A stretch of 64,000 nucleotides of DNA, taken from assembly GCA_002269645.1 (NCBI GenBank), contig NIVC01000343.1:39755-103754 (forward strand). Direction: 5' to 3'. The translations under genes were made by a program, and so were the position numbers. Shown piece by piece: positions 24,901 to 37,500 of the stretch (the stretch's first letter is position 1; every line of letters starts with the position of its first letter). Source of the stretch: Macrostomum lignano. Lineage: Eukaryota. Below the pieces are notes generated by a model. The model worked only from the letters and a program-made list of their open reading frames with translations, had not been told where the DNA came from and did no database searches.

Positions 24901-27900
24901 ACAAATCAAAGCACACCTCCCACCGCAGGCATGGCCCTGGCCCGGTGCAGCCGACTCCAACAGAAGCTGAACCTACAGGACGGAAGCAACAGCAGCACTG
25001 TTAGCCGCAAATATTCCCTAGCCTGTCTGCGCTCGTTCGATCAGGCTCTGCGCATTAATCCGCTGTGCCCGAAGCTGCTGACTGAGCGCGGACTATTCGC
25101 CTACGAGCTGCACTCGCACGCCAGCCAGCTGGGCCGGCGGGGCAAGCAGTTGGAGCTGGCCGCTGAGTGGCGTCTGCCTATGCTGCGGCTGGCTAGGGAG
25201 TCTTTTCTACAGGTAGGTTGCAGGTGACGCGCTTGAGATGGGAATCGGTTGTGAAGCCGATTGCAGAGTAAACGTGCTGGTTTTCAATTTTCATTTGAAT
25301 AGCCATTGGAACAGGGGTCTGAAAGATTCCGGCCGATCAAGGTTAGTCTTTCGCATCTCTCCTCTCCTCCCTCTCCTCTCCTCTCCCCCTCTCTCCTCTC
25401 CTCTCCTCTCCTCTCTCCCCTCTCCTCTCTCTCCTCTCCCCTCTCCTCTCCTCTCCTCTCCTCTCTCCCTCTCCTCTCTCCTCTCCTCTCCCCTCCTCTC
25501 CTCTCCTCTCCTCTCTCCTCTCTCCCCTCTCCTCTCTCCTCTCCTCTCCCTCTCCTCTCCCCTCTCTCCCCTCTCCTCTCTCCTCTCCTCTCCCCCTCTC
25601 TCCTCTCCTCTCCTCTCCTCTCTCCCCTCTCCTCTCTCCTCTCCTCTCCCCTCTTCTCTCTTCTCCTCTCCCCTCTCCTCTCTCCTCTCCTCTCCTCTCC
25701 TCTCCTCTCCCCTCTCCTCTCCTCTCCCTCTCCTCTCCTCTCCTCTCCCCTCTCCTCTCTCCTCTCCTCTCCTCTCTCCTCTCCTCTCCCTCTCCTCTCT
25801 TCTTTCCTCTCTCCTCTCCTCTCCCCTCTCTCCTCTCCTCTCCTCTCCTCTCCTCTCCTCTCCTCTCCTCTCCTCTCCTCTCCTATCTCCTCTCTCCTCT
25901 CCTCTCCTCTCTCCTCTCCTCTCCTCTTCCCTCTCCTCCCTCTCCCATCTCTCCTCTCTTCTTTCCTCTCCTCTCTCCTCTCCTCTCCCATCTCCTCTCT
26001 TGTCTCCTCTCTTCTTTCCTCTCCTCTCCTCTCTCCTCTCCTCTCCTCTTCCCTCTCCTCCCCTCTCCTCTCTCCTCCCTCTCCCATCTCTCCTCTCTTC
26101 TTTCCTCTCCTCTCCTCTCCCATCTCCTCTCTCTTGTCTCCTCTCTTCTTTCCTCTCCTCTCCCCTCTCCTCTCTTCTCTCCCCTCTCCTCTCCTCCTCT
26201 CCTCTCTTCTTTCCTCTCCTCTCCTCTCCTCACCTCTCCTCTCCTTGAGGTAAAAAGGCCCTGCATTAGAATATAGTTTTCTTTTTTGTATATCTGACTG
26301 GTAGCAAAAATATTATTTGGCATATATTGAGTAGTATGATCATTCATTTGTCTATTTGTCAAAACTACTGTTAGTAGTTCAATATCAAAATTTAAAATCT
26401 CAAATTTCTCAGGCGGCCTCTGCGGCCAACCATCCGGAGCTGCGCGATGCCGGGGAAGAATGCGAGAACTGGCTGTACAACTACATGCTGGGCAAGTGCT
26501 GCGAGAAGTCGGCCGATCATCCCGATATCTGCCTTGGTTACTACGCCGCCGCGGCTAACGAGCTGCGACAGAGCGGCGCCCGCTATCCCAAACGAATCAG
26601 CACCTCCTACGGTAGCACTCCCCGGCTGGCTGTGGAAGCCCTGGAGATGCAGTACAGACAGCTGGCCATTGTCTGCAAACAGCTGCTCATGTTTCTGCCT
26701 AGGCCGAAATCTGCTGTCAGTTCACCGACTACAGCGTCTGTCAATCTTAGCTGGATTGAAGCGCGATTGATTGAACTGTCCAAGTCTGCCTTTCAACGTC
26801 GCGACGCTCTTGGCGGCGGCGGCGGCGGCGGCGGCGGCGAAGGATCGAAGCGTCGACATGCCGGCGGCGGCGGCAGCGGCAGAACCAGGCGAGTTGATTG
26901 TGTTGAAGATCACGAGGGTGGTGGCAGAGTAGCTCCGGCCAACCTCCCCAAGGCAGAGAGAGTGTACAGCCCCGACGACAGGTATTCATATATATGCAAC
27001 CGACAGCTCAGCCGCAGCTATTGCGCGGCGCATCTGAAGGCTGCGTACGGCTGTTCAGTCCAAGGACTGGGGGGTCGCCACACACACCCTCAATCACCCC
27101 AGCTAATGCTGGCACCCATTTTACAGCTGGGTGAGCTGAAGCAATGCAGAGTTCAGTGTCTTGCTCATAAGGACACAGATTGTTCCGAATTGGATCAGGA
27201 ATCGAACCCCCGACCTATCAGTCGTGAGTCCGACGCTCTGACCACTAGGCTACAACCCCCTATGTATATATATATATTTGATTATATTTATGATTCCCGC
27301 AGAGCCAGCAAGCGGGCCAGGATCGAAGACAGCGGCTGCAGCGCGGCCGAGGACTCCAGTGCCCACCATGGCGGCGTCTCGGCCAAATCGCAGCTAGCGG
27401 AGGTCGACAGTCGAGCCGAGGTTCGCCAACTGCTCAACGACCAGCTAGACGTGGTGTCCGCTGTGCACTCGCTCGTGTCCGGCGCCGCTGGAATCTGCGG
27501 CGAATCCGCGCCTCGTCCGGACGAGCTTCTGGCCAGGAGATTGGCTCGCTGCGTTGCTATGGCAACCGAACAGTTGGCCGACCTGCTGGCGAGACTGCCG
27601 CATCACTACAAAGCTGCCTGCCTGCTGGCCCGGCTTCGGCTTCGAGTTGGGAAGCGGCGGGAGGCCCGCGACCTCCTGCTGGGGCCCGGCGACCCAGGAG
27701 TAGGCTGGCAGCGGCTGGCTCATATGCCCTGTCCGGGACTGTTCCAGGTGTGCGGGCTTGGTGTGCAGTTAGTGTGCTCAGGATTAGAGGTTTGAGTTTG
27801 GGGATTTTCAGTTCGAGTTGGGGATTTTGAGTTTGGGGATTTTGAGTTCGAGTTGGGGTTTTGAGTTCGAGTTGGATTTTGAGTTCGAGTTGGGGATTTT

Positions 27901-28898
27901 GAGTTCGAGTTGGGGATTTTGAGTTCGAGTTGGGATTTTGAGTTCGAGTTGGGGATTTTGAGTTCGAGTTTGGGGATTTTGAGTTCGAGTTGGGGATTTT
28001 GAGTTCGAGTTGGGATTTTGAGTTCGAGTTGGGGATTTTGAGTTCGAATTGGGGGTTTTGAGTTCGAGTTGGGGATTTTGAGTTCGAGTTAGGATTTTGA
28101 GTTCGAGTTGGGATTTTGAGTTCGAGTTGGGGATTTTGAGTTCGAGTTGGGGGTTTCGAGTTCGATTTGAGGGGGGGGTTGAGTTCGAGTTGGGGATTTG
28201 AGTTTGTGTTAAGGGGTTTGAGTTCAATTTGAGGATTTTGAGTTCGAGTTCCGTCGGTTTTGAATTATGATTTGAGATTAGATTAGTTACGATTATGAGT
28301 TGAGATTAGATTTGCGATTTAAACTGGGATTTTGAGCTCGAATTACGACTGCAAATTTGAGATTGGGTTCTTAGAAGGACTCGGAATCAAAGTATTATTC
28401 CTCAGTTTAATTCCCCAACCCCCCTCCCCCCAGGACCGCCGCCCGGCCAATCTGTTCAACGGCGTCTGGCGTCTGCCAAGCGACGACATCGACAGGTCCG
28501 GCTGCTTCGCCGCCCACATGCGCCGCGCCCTCGAGCTGGCCATCGAGGCGGCCGATTGGCACCGCCTGCTGCCGCTGCATACCTGCCTGCGCAGCACCGA
28601 GAACCGCGGCTGCCTTGTTGACGACGACCTGCGCTGGCTGACCGACCGCAGCTTGGCGGCCATGGCCGACCTGCTGGCAGATGAGCGCTCGCCTCCGACT
28701 GTCAGCCGGGCCCAGCTGCTTCAGCTGATGAAGTGTCGGAAGCTGGCCTCGGCCGCTGCTGCTGGCGGCGGCGGCGTTGTCTACGATCGACTGCTGGCGG
28801 CCGCCTTCGCTAGGTGCGGCGCTGCCGTGGTCCGTCCGGACAGGCCGCTTCTGGACCAGGCGCTGGAGTTCTGCGAGAGCGGCGGCGGTAGCCTTTGA
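18971..28898 (+). CDS. CABIN1: Calcineurin-binding protein cabin-1 orthologue (HIRA complex TPR subunit). Predicted exons 18971-19849, 20676-22128 (1-nt frameshift near 21460), 22821-24337, 24929-25212, 26413-26981, 27303-27747, 28434-28898 (~1870 aa); initiator ATG not found
   Basis: Matches to recalled CABIN1 motifs: RIAALNA (N-terminus), NPDHLPALD, FELRWP, QAFHCLYG, LPDKFPEFDS, IHYLLAD, PDRFDSWA|GMALAR, WLYNYMLGKCCEK, ARYPKRI, LAVEALE, NLFNGVWRLPSDDIDRSGCFAAHM. Junctions are GT-AG and phase-consistent; the summed length is one base short of a multiple of 3. Confidence 0.9.
19888..20660. repeat. 22-bp minisatellite (GCTACAGACTCATTAAGCTAAT / ...TAGGCTCCA)
   Basis: Period 22; fills CABIN1 intron 19850-20675. 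Confidence 0.96.
22200..22810. repeat. 23-24-bp minisatellite (CATCCCTGTAACACCCCTCAAAGC)
   Basis: CABIN1 intron 22129-22820; degenerate at the 5' end, regular at the 3' end. Confidence 0.93.
23269..23604 (+). repeat. In-frame 24-bp coding repeat in CABIN1 (six EAGTGQA(A/S)-type units, seven EAGTVN(T/A)S units)
   Basis: 13 units plus one degenerate unit inside ORF 22834..24441. Confidence 0.9.
24350..24810. repeat. 24-bp minisatellite (AATCGCTCATAAACCAAACCCAGG)
   Basis: CABIN1 intron 24338-24928. Confidence 0.94.
25355..26245. repeat. ~0.9-kb almost pure C/T tract ((CTCCT)n/(CT)n)
   Basis: CABIN1 intron 25213-26412; source of the L/S/P-rich and E/R/G-rich ORFs. Confidence 0.97.
26997..27260 (-). 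mobile_element. tRNA-derived CORE-like SINE, copy 1
   Basis: Minus strand reads an A box (TAGCCTAGTGG), a B box (GGTTCGATTCC), a MIR-CORE-like segment and a GC-rich hairpin tail. Homologous to 39640-39888 and 56447-56685. Confidence 0.85.
27790..28260. repeat. 19-20-bp minisatellite (GAGTTCGAGTTGGGGATTTT)
   Basis: CABIN1 intron 27748-28433. Confidence 0.94.
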
Positions 28899-28914
28899 TC
28901 TTTTGTTTTAAAAC

Positions 28915-29560
28915 TGTTTGAGCATAGGGATTCTTGTTGGAGCAAAGGGATTCTTGTTGGAGCATAGGGATTCTTGTTGGAGCATAGGGATTCTTGTTGG
29001 AGCATAGGGATTCTTGTTGGAGCATAGGGATTCTTGTTGGAGCATAGGGATTCTTGTTGGAGCATAGGGATTCTTGTTGGAGCATAGGGATTCTTGTTGG
29101 AGCATAGGGATTCTTGTTGGAGCATAGGGATTCTTGTTGGAGCATAGGGATTACAGTTTGAGCATAGGGATTACAGTTTGAGCATAGGCATTACAGTTTG
29201 AGCATATGGATTACAGTTTGAGCATAGGGATTACAGTTTGAGCATAGGCATTACAGTTTGAGCATAGGCATTACAGTTTGAGCATAGGCATTACAGTTTG
29301 AGCATAGGCATTACAGTTTGAGCATAGGCATTACAGTTTGAGCATAGGCATTACAGTTTGAGCATAGGCATTACAGTTTGAGCATAGGCATTACAGTTTG
29401 AGCATAGGCATTACAGTTTGAGCATAGGCATTACAGTTTGAGCATAGGCATTACAGTTTGAGCATAGGCATTACAGTTTGAGCATAGGCATTACAGTTTG
29501 AGCATATACATTACAGTTTGAGCATAGGCATTGCAGTTTGAGCATATTGGGATTATTGTT
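28915..29560. repeat. 20-bp minisatellite in two blocks (GAGCATAGGGATTCTTGTTG, then GAGCATAGGCATTACAGTTT)
   Basis: Period 20 with an abrupt unit switch at ~29150; immediately 3' of the CABIN1 stop. Confidence 0.96.
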
Positions 29561-31501
29561 TGAGCATATTTGAATTGCAGTTTTTAAACAGGGATTAAAG
29601 CTTGAGCTGAGTCCCTATAATGTAATTTGACTGCTGTGTGTACAGCTTCAGTACTGCATCACTACTGTACATGCATATGAACTGTAATAGTGTTGGTCTT
29701 GTTCTCCCATTTTTCAGCTGATAATTAATAAGCCGTATTAAAGTAGCCCACAGTTACCTGCTGTCACAGGTAATAAAAGTTTAATGCTGTCTGCTGTAGT
29801 AGACGTACTAGCTGTAGTAGACGAGTAGTACGCGTACTGGTGCAATGTATTTCAGTATATTTGGCCGTTAATTTTATTTCTAATCAATTTATCATTGCAG
29901 ACATTAAATATAGCAAATTAATTTGCGCTGTGCATTTTCGTACATTTTCAAGTTCTTTTCTATTGTTTTTTAATAAATTAATATCAAGTAAATCGTTTTT
30001 TAATCGCACAAATGAAATTGCTAAAACAATTTTTGTCTATGGTCTATAGGCCTTAAAAAGAATCAGAATTACTGGATGTGGATTAAAAAGCATCGATCCG
30101 CTCAAATCCAAGTTCAGTCATAATCCATCATCTCTCAGGCTCTTGGCTGGTGTGAAAAGTTAACTCGATCAGTGCATAGCTACGAGGGGCGTCCGGAAAT
30201 TTCTGAAACTTTTAATCTAGGCATTTTGTCTATGGTACAAATGTGCGGACTTCGCCCCCACACTCCCAGTGGTGTCCTTTGCGACTGGGGATAAAATATA
30301 GGCTATCACAGCCCCGCGTAAAAACTGTTCTATGGTCGAAAGTCCGCAGTCGCTATTCGCAAGCTTCTCCATAGAAAAATTGTGATACTATACACGTCTT
30401 GCTAACTGTCCAGGCCACGAGTGCGCTGCGGGTCCAGTTATCAGCGCGTAGCAGTGTTAATCGCCGCTCTACAGCTACAATCAAGCTTTAGAGTGCACGA
30501 TGAAGAGAAAGAAGAGGAACTTTCACTTCTCGCTCTATGCAATCCGTGCCTCCTAGATTCTCTCAACCGTTTGCCTCGTGTAAGCACCTCATCAGCAGCG
30601 CTCAGTCCAGGCCCTTACTCTGACCCCAACCCTCCCAATAATTCTATCCTCAGGCAACCAGCATTTGCTGGGCCATCCCTATCCACTTTTCTGCCTGCCT
30701 TGCACCGCAGCTGTGTGCGCGTGTGTGTGGCTACAAATGAGGGGCTGGGAGAGTTCGACAAAACGGAGGGCTTGAGGCCGGCAAGAGTCGGGATGCAGGA
30801 TGAGGAGGAATCTGGGAACAGTAAGTACATCTCCATCGTCGACTGGTTGCTCTCCCATCTCCCCGCTCCCCCCCCCCAGATCTTCCTTCTTAGTCTTAAC
30901 CGAGGCTTAAGCAGAGAGAGAGAGAGAGATTGAGTGAGGTGGACGGAGCAGGGGCTTGGAGCAGTTAAGGGAAGGATGAGAGGGGAGAAGTCCGGAGCGA
31001 GTACGGGAAGTGGAAAGAGAGCAGCAGCCTCTGTTCCCTTCTCTTCTCCGGGCCGGTTTTCTCCATTTTTCTCTTTCTCCAATTCCACACGTGTCTCGCA
31101 CCAGCCCCCCCTGTCTCTCCCTTCATCCTTCTCGCCCGGCCTGCTAAACTTTTTTTGTTGAAAAAAAATCGGATTGGTTGAGGTTGGAGGCGGGCGGTGG
31201 GATAGGGAAGGCTGAGAGCTGGGGAAGGTCCGCTTTACGATTGGGGATCTTTTATGAGCCAGCAAGCCGGGTACAGCAACGGCCTAGCCGGTTGTGCGCC
31301 CTCTGTGTGTATCGGCAATTGCCCGGTCTGGACTGGAGCTGGAATTCGCGCTGATCTGCGGCTGAGCGAGGGCGGCGCCCCGCGGTGGCTGCTGGCCGCA
31401 CTGAGATTGAAACTCTGCAGATCTTGCCCTCACAAGCACACCTGCCACCTGGCTGCTACTGCTGCTGCTGCTGCTAATTCACTTGCTGCGCCCCAGCAAC
31501 C

Positions 31502-34500
31502 ATGCGGCGGCTGCTGCTCAGGTGGAGAAATTCCACAGGTAAGAGGAAGAGGTTGAAAGACTGACGGAGATTGAGCACTTTTGACTGACGGAGATTGAGC
31601 ACTTTTGACTGACGGAGGTTGAGCCATGGAGTGGCTGACGGAGGTTGAACCATTGAGTGGCTGACGGAGGTTGAACCATTGAGTGGCTGACGGAGGTTGA
31701 ACCATTGAGTGGCTGACGGAGGTTGAACCATTGAGTGACTGACGGAGGTTGAGCCATGGAGTGACTGACGGAGGTTGAACCTTGAGTGACTGACGGAGGT
31801 TGAGCCATTGAGTGACTGACGGAGGTTGAACCATTGAGTGGCTGACGGAGGTTGAACCATTGAGTGACGGAGGTTGAACCATTGAGTGGCTGACGGAGGT
31901 TGAACATTGAGTGACTGACGGAGGTTGAACCAGCGAGTGACTGGCGGGGGGTGAGCACTTTTGACTGGCGGAGGTTGAATCATTGAGTGACTGGCGGAGG
32001 TTGAACCATTGAGTGACTGACGGAGGTTGAACCATTGAGTGACTGACGGAGGTTGAATCATTGAGTGACTGACGGAGGTTGAACCATTGAGTGACTGACT
32101 GACGGAGGTTATCTATCAAGTGACTGACGGAGCGTGTTACCATCAAGTGAATGACGAAGGTTATTCATCAAGTGACCGACAGGGTGTGACCATCAAGTGA
32201 CTGGCAGAGGGTGAACAAGGTGAAGAGGGTGGCAAAGTGGCATTTTGACAATCTGAATGACTAGTCAGTATTAACATAATCAGGTCACAGAGCCGTCAAA
32301 ATCTCTAATCTTGTCAGAAGCCAGATTTATAACTTCGGCAGAGAACAGCGCCTGTCAATTAACTGATCGATAGAATTCAGCTAGCTGGCACCGACTGACC
32401 GCACAGATTGGTGAGGGAAGACTCTCTAACAGCTCTTGCCGACAACTAAAAGTGCAACAGCTGCTCGAGCCCCACCGAATCCCAATGGGAATTGATTTGA
32501 GACTGGCTGCCAGGCCCCATGTTCTGGAGGAGGGGATTAATAAAAGTGGCACCAGCTTTGGCGCTTCCTGCTGCCCCCCCCCTGCTTGCTGAAGGCTCCT
32601 CATCAACATTTGCTCATTGTCGATGCAGCCACCTCCGGGCAAGTCTCGGAGCAAGTCGCAGTTGATTTTCTAGCAGCCTGTTTCTGGCAGTTGCTCATTA
32701 ATCAGAGTGAGGCCCCCCGGAGCCTGCGTCAGCAAGAAAACTTGACTTTTGTGCCGCATTTCTCCATGCAAACTTTATGGCTTGTCAAGTGTGTGCTCCC
32801 CCCGGTATCAGCTGAGTTCGTAAAATTTATGTGTAAAAAAAGGATTAAATTTCTTTGCAATAAGACTGGCGTTATGGTTGACCTCGCGTGTGGCCCATAT
32901 CTGATGTCTCACAGTCTGCTTGTGCCATTCTACCTGATGTCTCACAGTCTGTTTGTGCCATTCTATCTGATGTCTCACTGTCTACTTGTGCCATTCTATC
33001 AGATGTCTCACTGTCTACTTGTGCCATTCTATCTGATGTCTCACTGTCTACTTGTGCCATTCTACCTGATGTCTCACAGTCTGTTTGTGCCATTCTATCT
33101 GATGTCTCACTGTCTACTTGTGCCATTCTACCTGATGTCTCACAGTCTGTTTGTGCTATTCTATCTGATGTCTCACAGTCTGCTTGTGCCATTCTACCTG
33201 ATGTCTCACAGTCTGTTTGTGCCATTCTATCTGATGTCTCACTGTCTACTTGTGCCATTCTATCAGATGTCTCACTGTCTACTTGTGCCATTCTATCTGA
33301 TGTCTCACTGTCTACTTGTGCCATTCTACCTGATGTCTCACAGTCTGCTTGTGCCATTCTACCTGATGTCTCACAGTCTGCTTGTGCCATTCTATCTGAT
33401 GTCTCACAGTCTGTTTGTGCTATTCTATCTGATGTCTCACAGTCTGCTTGTGCCATTCTACCTGATGTCTCACTGTCTACTTGTGCCATTCTATCTGATG
33501 TCTCACTGTCTACTTGTGCCATTCTACCTGATGTCTCACAGTCTGCTTGTGCCATTCTACCTGATGTCTCACAGTCTGCTTGTGCCATTCTATCTGATGT
33601 CTCACTGTCTACTTGTGCCATTCTACCTGATGTCTCACAGTCTGCTTGTGCCATTCTACCTGATGTCTCACAGTCTGCTTGTGCCATTCTATCTGATGTC
33701 TCACTGTCTACTTGTGCCATTCTATCTGATGTCTCACTGTCTGTTCATGCCATTCTATCTGATGTCTCACTGTCTACTTGTGCCATTGTATCTAATGTCT
33801 CACTGTCTGTTCATGCCATTCTATCTGATGTCTCACTGTCTACTTGTGCCATTCTATCTGATGTCTCACTGTCTGTTCATGCCATTCTATCTAATGTCTC
33901 ACTGTCTATTTGTGCCATTCTATCTGATTTCTCACTGTCTGTTCATGCCATTGTATCTAATGTCTCACTGTCTATTTGTGCCATTCAGTCGGATGTCTTT
34001 GATTCCACTCCAAAATCTATCGCATTCCGTATGCTCAAATTCTGGGCTCTCAGTCTCACTACACCATGTTTAGTCGCAGCATCCCATTTCAACCCTGCAG
34101 AGCTTCATCAATCGCTGTCCAGGCAGGGGCTGCTTCTGCTGTTGCTGCTGCTTGCGCCACCGCGGCCTGTAGACGGCGACTCTTCTCCGGTGTCAACCGC
34201 CGGGCACCACGGCGGTCAAAGGGTGAAGATGGCGGAGAAGAACCTCATCCAGGAGCTGCTGCGAGACTACGACAAAAAGAGCCGCCCTGTGGTGGACTTC
34301 GACCCGGACGGCGCGACGCCGAAGATTCTACGGCCGAGGGAGAAGGGCGCGAACTCCAGCAAGATCCCCATACAGCAGATCACAGTGCAGTTCGGCCTGC
34401 GCTTGGTGCAGATCCTGGACCTGAACGAGATGGAGCAGGTGCTCACGATCAGCGTTATATCGCTCTATGTGAGTGGCGAACCTGTTATATCTCGGATTCT

Positions 34501-37500
34501 GGTGTGTTAGATCTGTTATATCCCTGATTCAGGTGTATTATAAATGTTATATCCCTGATTTTGGTGTGTTATATCTGTTATATCCCTGATTCAGGTGTAT
34601 TATAAATGTTATATCCCTGATTTTGGTGTGTTATATCTGTTATATCCCTGATTCAGGTATATTATAAATGTTATATCCCTGATTTTGGTGTGTTATATCT
34701 GTTATATCCCTGATTCAGGTGTATTATAAATGTTATATCCCTGATTTTCGTGTGTTATATCTGTTATATCCCTGATTCTGGTGTGTTATATCTGTTTTAT
34801 CCTCGATTCCGGTGTGTTATACCTGTTATATCCTCGCTTCACGTGTTTTATATCTGTTATATCTTTGATTCTGGTATGTTATGTATAATTGATTCTGGTG
34901 TGTTATATCTGTTTTATCCTCGATTCCGGTGTGTTATACCTGTTATATCCTTGGTTCACGTGTTTTATATCTGTTATATCTTTGATTCTGGTGTGTTATG
35001 TATCATTGATTCTGGTGTGTTATATGTCTTGTATCCTTGATTCTGGTGTGTTATATGTGTTGTATCCTTGATTCTGGTGTGTTATATCTGTTATATCTTT
35101 GATTCTGGTGTGTTATGTATCATTGATTCTGGTGTGTTATGTGTTGTATCCTTGATTCTGGTGTGTTATGTGTTGTATCCTTGATTCTGGTGTGTTATAT
35201 GTGTTGTATCCTTGATTCTGGTGTGTTATGTGTTGTATCCTTGATTCTGGTGTGTTATGTGTTGTATCCTTGATTCTGGTGTGCTATATCTGTTATATCT
35301 TACATTCTAGTGTGTTATATCTTTGATTTTAGTGTGTTGCATCTGTTATATCTGTGACTCTGGTGTGTTATATCTGTTGTATCCTTGATTCTGGTGTGCT
35401 ATATATCATCTGTTATATCTTTGATTCTAGTGTTATATCTGTTATATTTCGATTCTCGTACCTGTTCCATCTTGACTATTGTGTGCTATATCTATTATAA
35501 ATCTTCATTCTTGTGTGCACTCTATCCCAGATTTCTGTTTATTCTACCTCAGCTCTCGTGTCTTGTATCATTTTTCATAACCTTCATCATCTCTTGTGCT
35601 TCTTTCATCCCAGAATCCCACAACTTGCGCTCAAGATTCATTAATCATTTCTTGAGCGATACCGAGTCCTCGAATGGCCCAGAAAGGGTAGCAACTGCCT
35701 CCCGTCCTCACCTGTACCCGCAGCAATGGGTTGACTATCACCTGCGCTGGGAGCCTGAAGAGGAGTCAGGCATCAAGCTGCTGCACATTCCCACCAGCAA
35801 ACTGTGGCTGCCGGATATTGCGCTGTACAACTAGTGAGCTCTGAATGCTTTGAATGCTTAACATACTTATGGTTATGCACATTGGGGGCATTGGTATCCT
35901 CAGAGGGGACCAGGGGGTGCGACCCTCAATTAGTCTAAAAAATGCGTTCTCCCAAGAGCTATCAATAAATAAAACTGGCAAGGGGCGCCAACCAAGAGAC
36001 AGGGGCGCCAACCAAGAGACACCAGCCAATTATCGGTTCCCAGACCAGCTAATTTCAAATATATGATTCTCAAAATATGGAGTCAGTGTGTCCCTCTGAT
36101 TGATTTCTGGCTAATCTTGAATCACCCCCCCCCTCGGCAACAGCGCCGACGAGAGGTTGGAAGAGAGGCGCGATTCGGCAGCCAAGGTGCACCACAACGG
36201 CACGGTGGAGTGGCACCCGATGGCCATCTACAAGAGCGCGTGCGAAATCAAAATCAAATATTTCCCATTTGATAAGCAGGTCTGCTGGTTGAAGTTCGGC
36301 CCATGGACTTACGATGGGTGAGTTGGGGGGGGGGGCATTGCTGATTGTGGTGGTGAGCTGACTGACTGTCTGATGGCCTTAGAAACCCGTCTAGAAGCCC
36401 TCAAAGCGTCGTTAGCAACTGTTGTAACCAGTTTCAGAGCCTTACAAGAAACCCTTCTAGCGCCCTTAGCAACCAGTTTCAGAGCATTCCAAGAAACCCT
36501 ACTAGCGCCCTTAGCAACCATTTTCAGCCCATTCCAAGAAACCCTCCTAGCGCCTTTAGCAACCGGTTTCAGAGCATTCCAAGATATCCCTAGCAACTGA
36601 GCTACTAAGCAACCCACCTTTTGGCATATTTTTGCTATAATTTATACACGGAGACAGTTAGAACTTTCCCTAATTTCACACAGCTGGCGAGTGAACATCA
36701 CCTACTATCGAAACATGACCGCCTTCGACGTTGAGGGCATGGTGGACAGTCCAGAGTGGGAGATACTGAACCACTCGGCCAAGTTCAAGGAGCAGGTCTA
36801 CCCCTGCTGCCCAGAGCCCTACGTAGACATCACGTTCTGGCTGTGGATCCGGCGAAACACCGCCTTCTCCACCCTGATCCTCATCCTGCCCTGCTGCCTG
36901 CTGTCCTCCCTCACTCTGGTGCTGTTCTGGCTGCCGCCGGAGACTCCGGCCAAGATGGTGCTCGGTGAGCTCGCCACCTGCTGGCTGCACAATGGACAAG
37001 TATAATAGAAAAGGTGGAAGGGTATCCACACTAGAAAACCTGGTCTGGTGACGGCCACAAGCGGATATTTTACCACTAAATTAACAATAGCTCACCTTAG
37101 GAGATTGTGAAGATTCGAGCTTGTGAAGCTTCGAGCTTGTGAAGCTTCGAGCTTGTAAAACGCCTCAGTTGAGGTTGATTTATAATTTTATTTTTTATCA
37201 AACGGATTAGGAAACAAACAAATAGGTTAAACTTATTTGAAGCTTTAGCTTGAGAAACTTGGCAAAAACGCATTATGCAGAGGAAAAAACCACCTCTAAG
37301 AGAAATCTGCACGATTTTGGACTGAATGCAGCTTCATTCTGATCTTGTTGTTTATGTAGCTCGTGGTTAGTGATGGTTGCTAATGACTTAATTGATTTCG
37401 CAATGCTCAGGCATGAACATCTTCGTTGCATTCTTCCTGCTGATGCTGCTGCTCGAGGGCCAGACTCCCTCTGCATCGGACTCGTTCCCGCTGATTGGTG

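Noticed and set aside
25238-26362. L/S/P-rich and E/R/G-rich ORFs
   Set aside because: Products of the CT microsatellite, which cannot contain stops.
27190-27260. Possible tRNA gene (also at 39830-39888 and 56447-56515)
   Set aside because: A/B boxes are present but acceptor and anticodon stems are broken, and each continues into the same SINE body.
32586-34073. 495-540-aa repetitive ORFs on both strands
   Set aside because: 33-bp array in receptor intron 1; only the part from ~34080 is a real exon.
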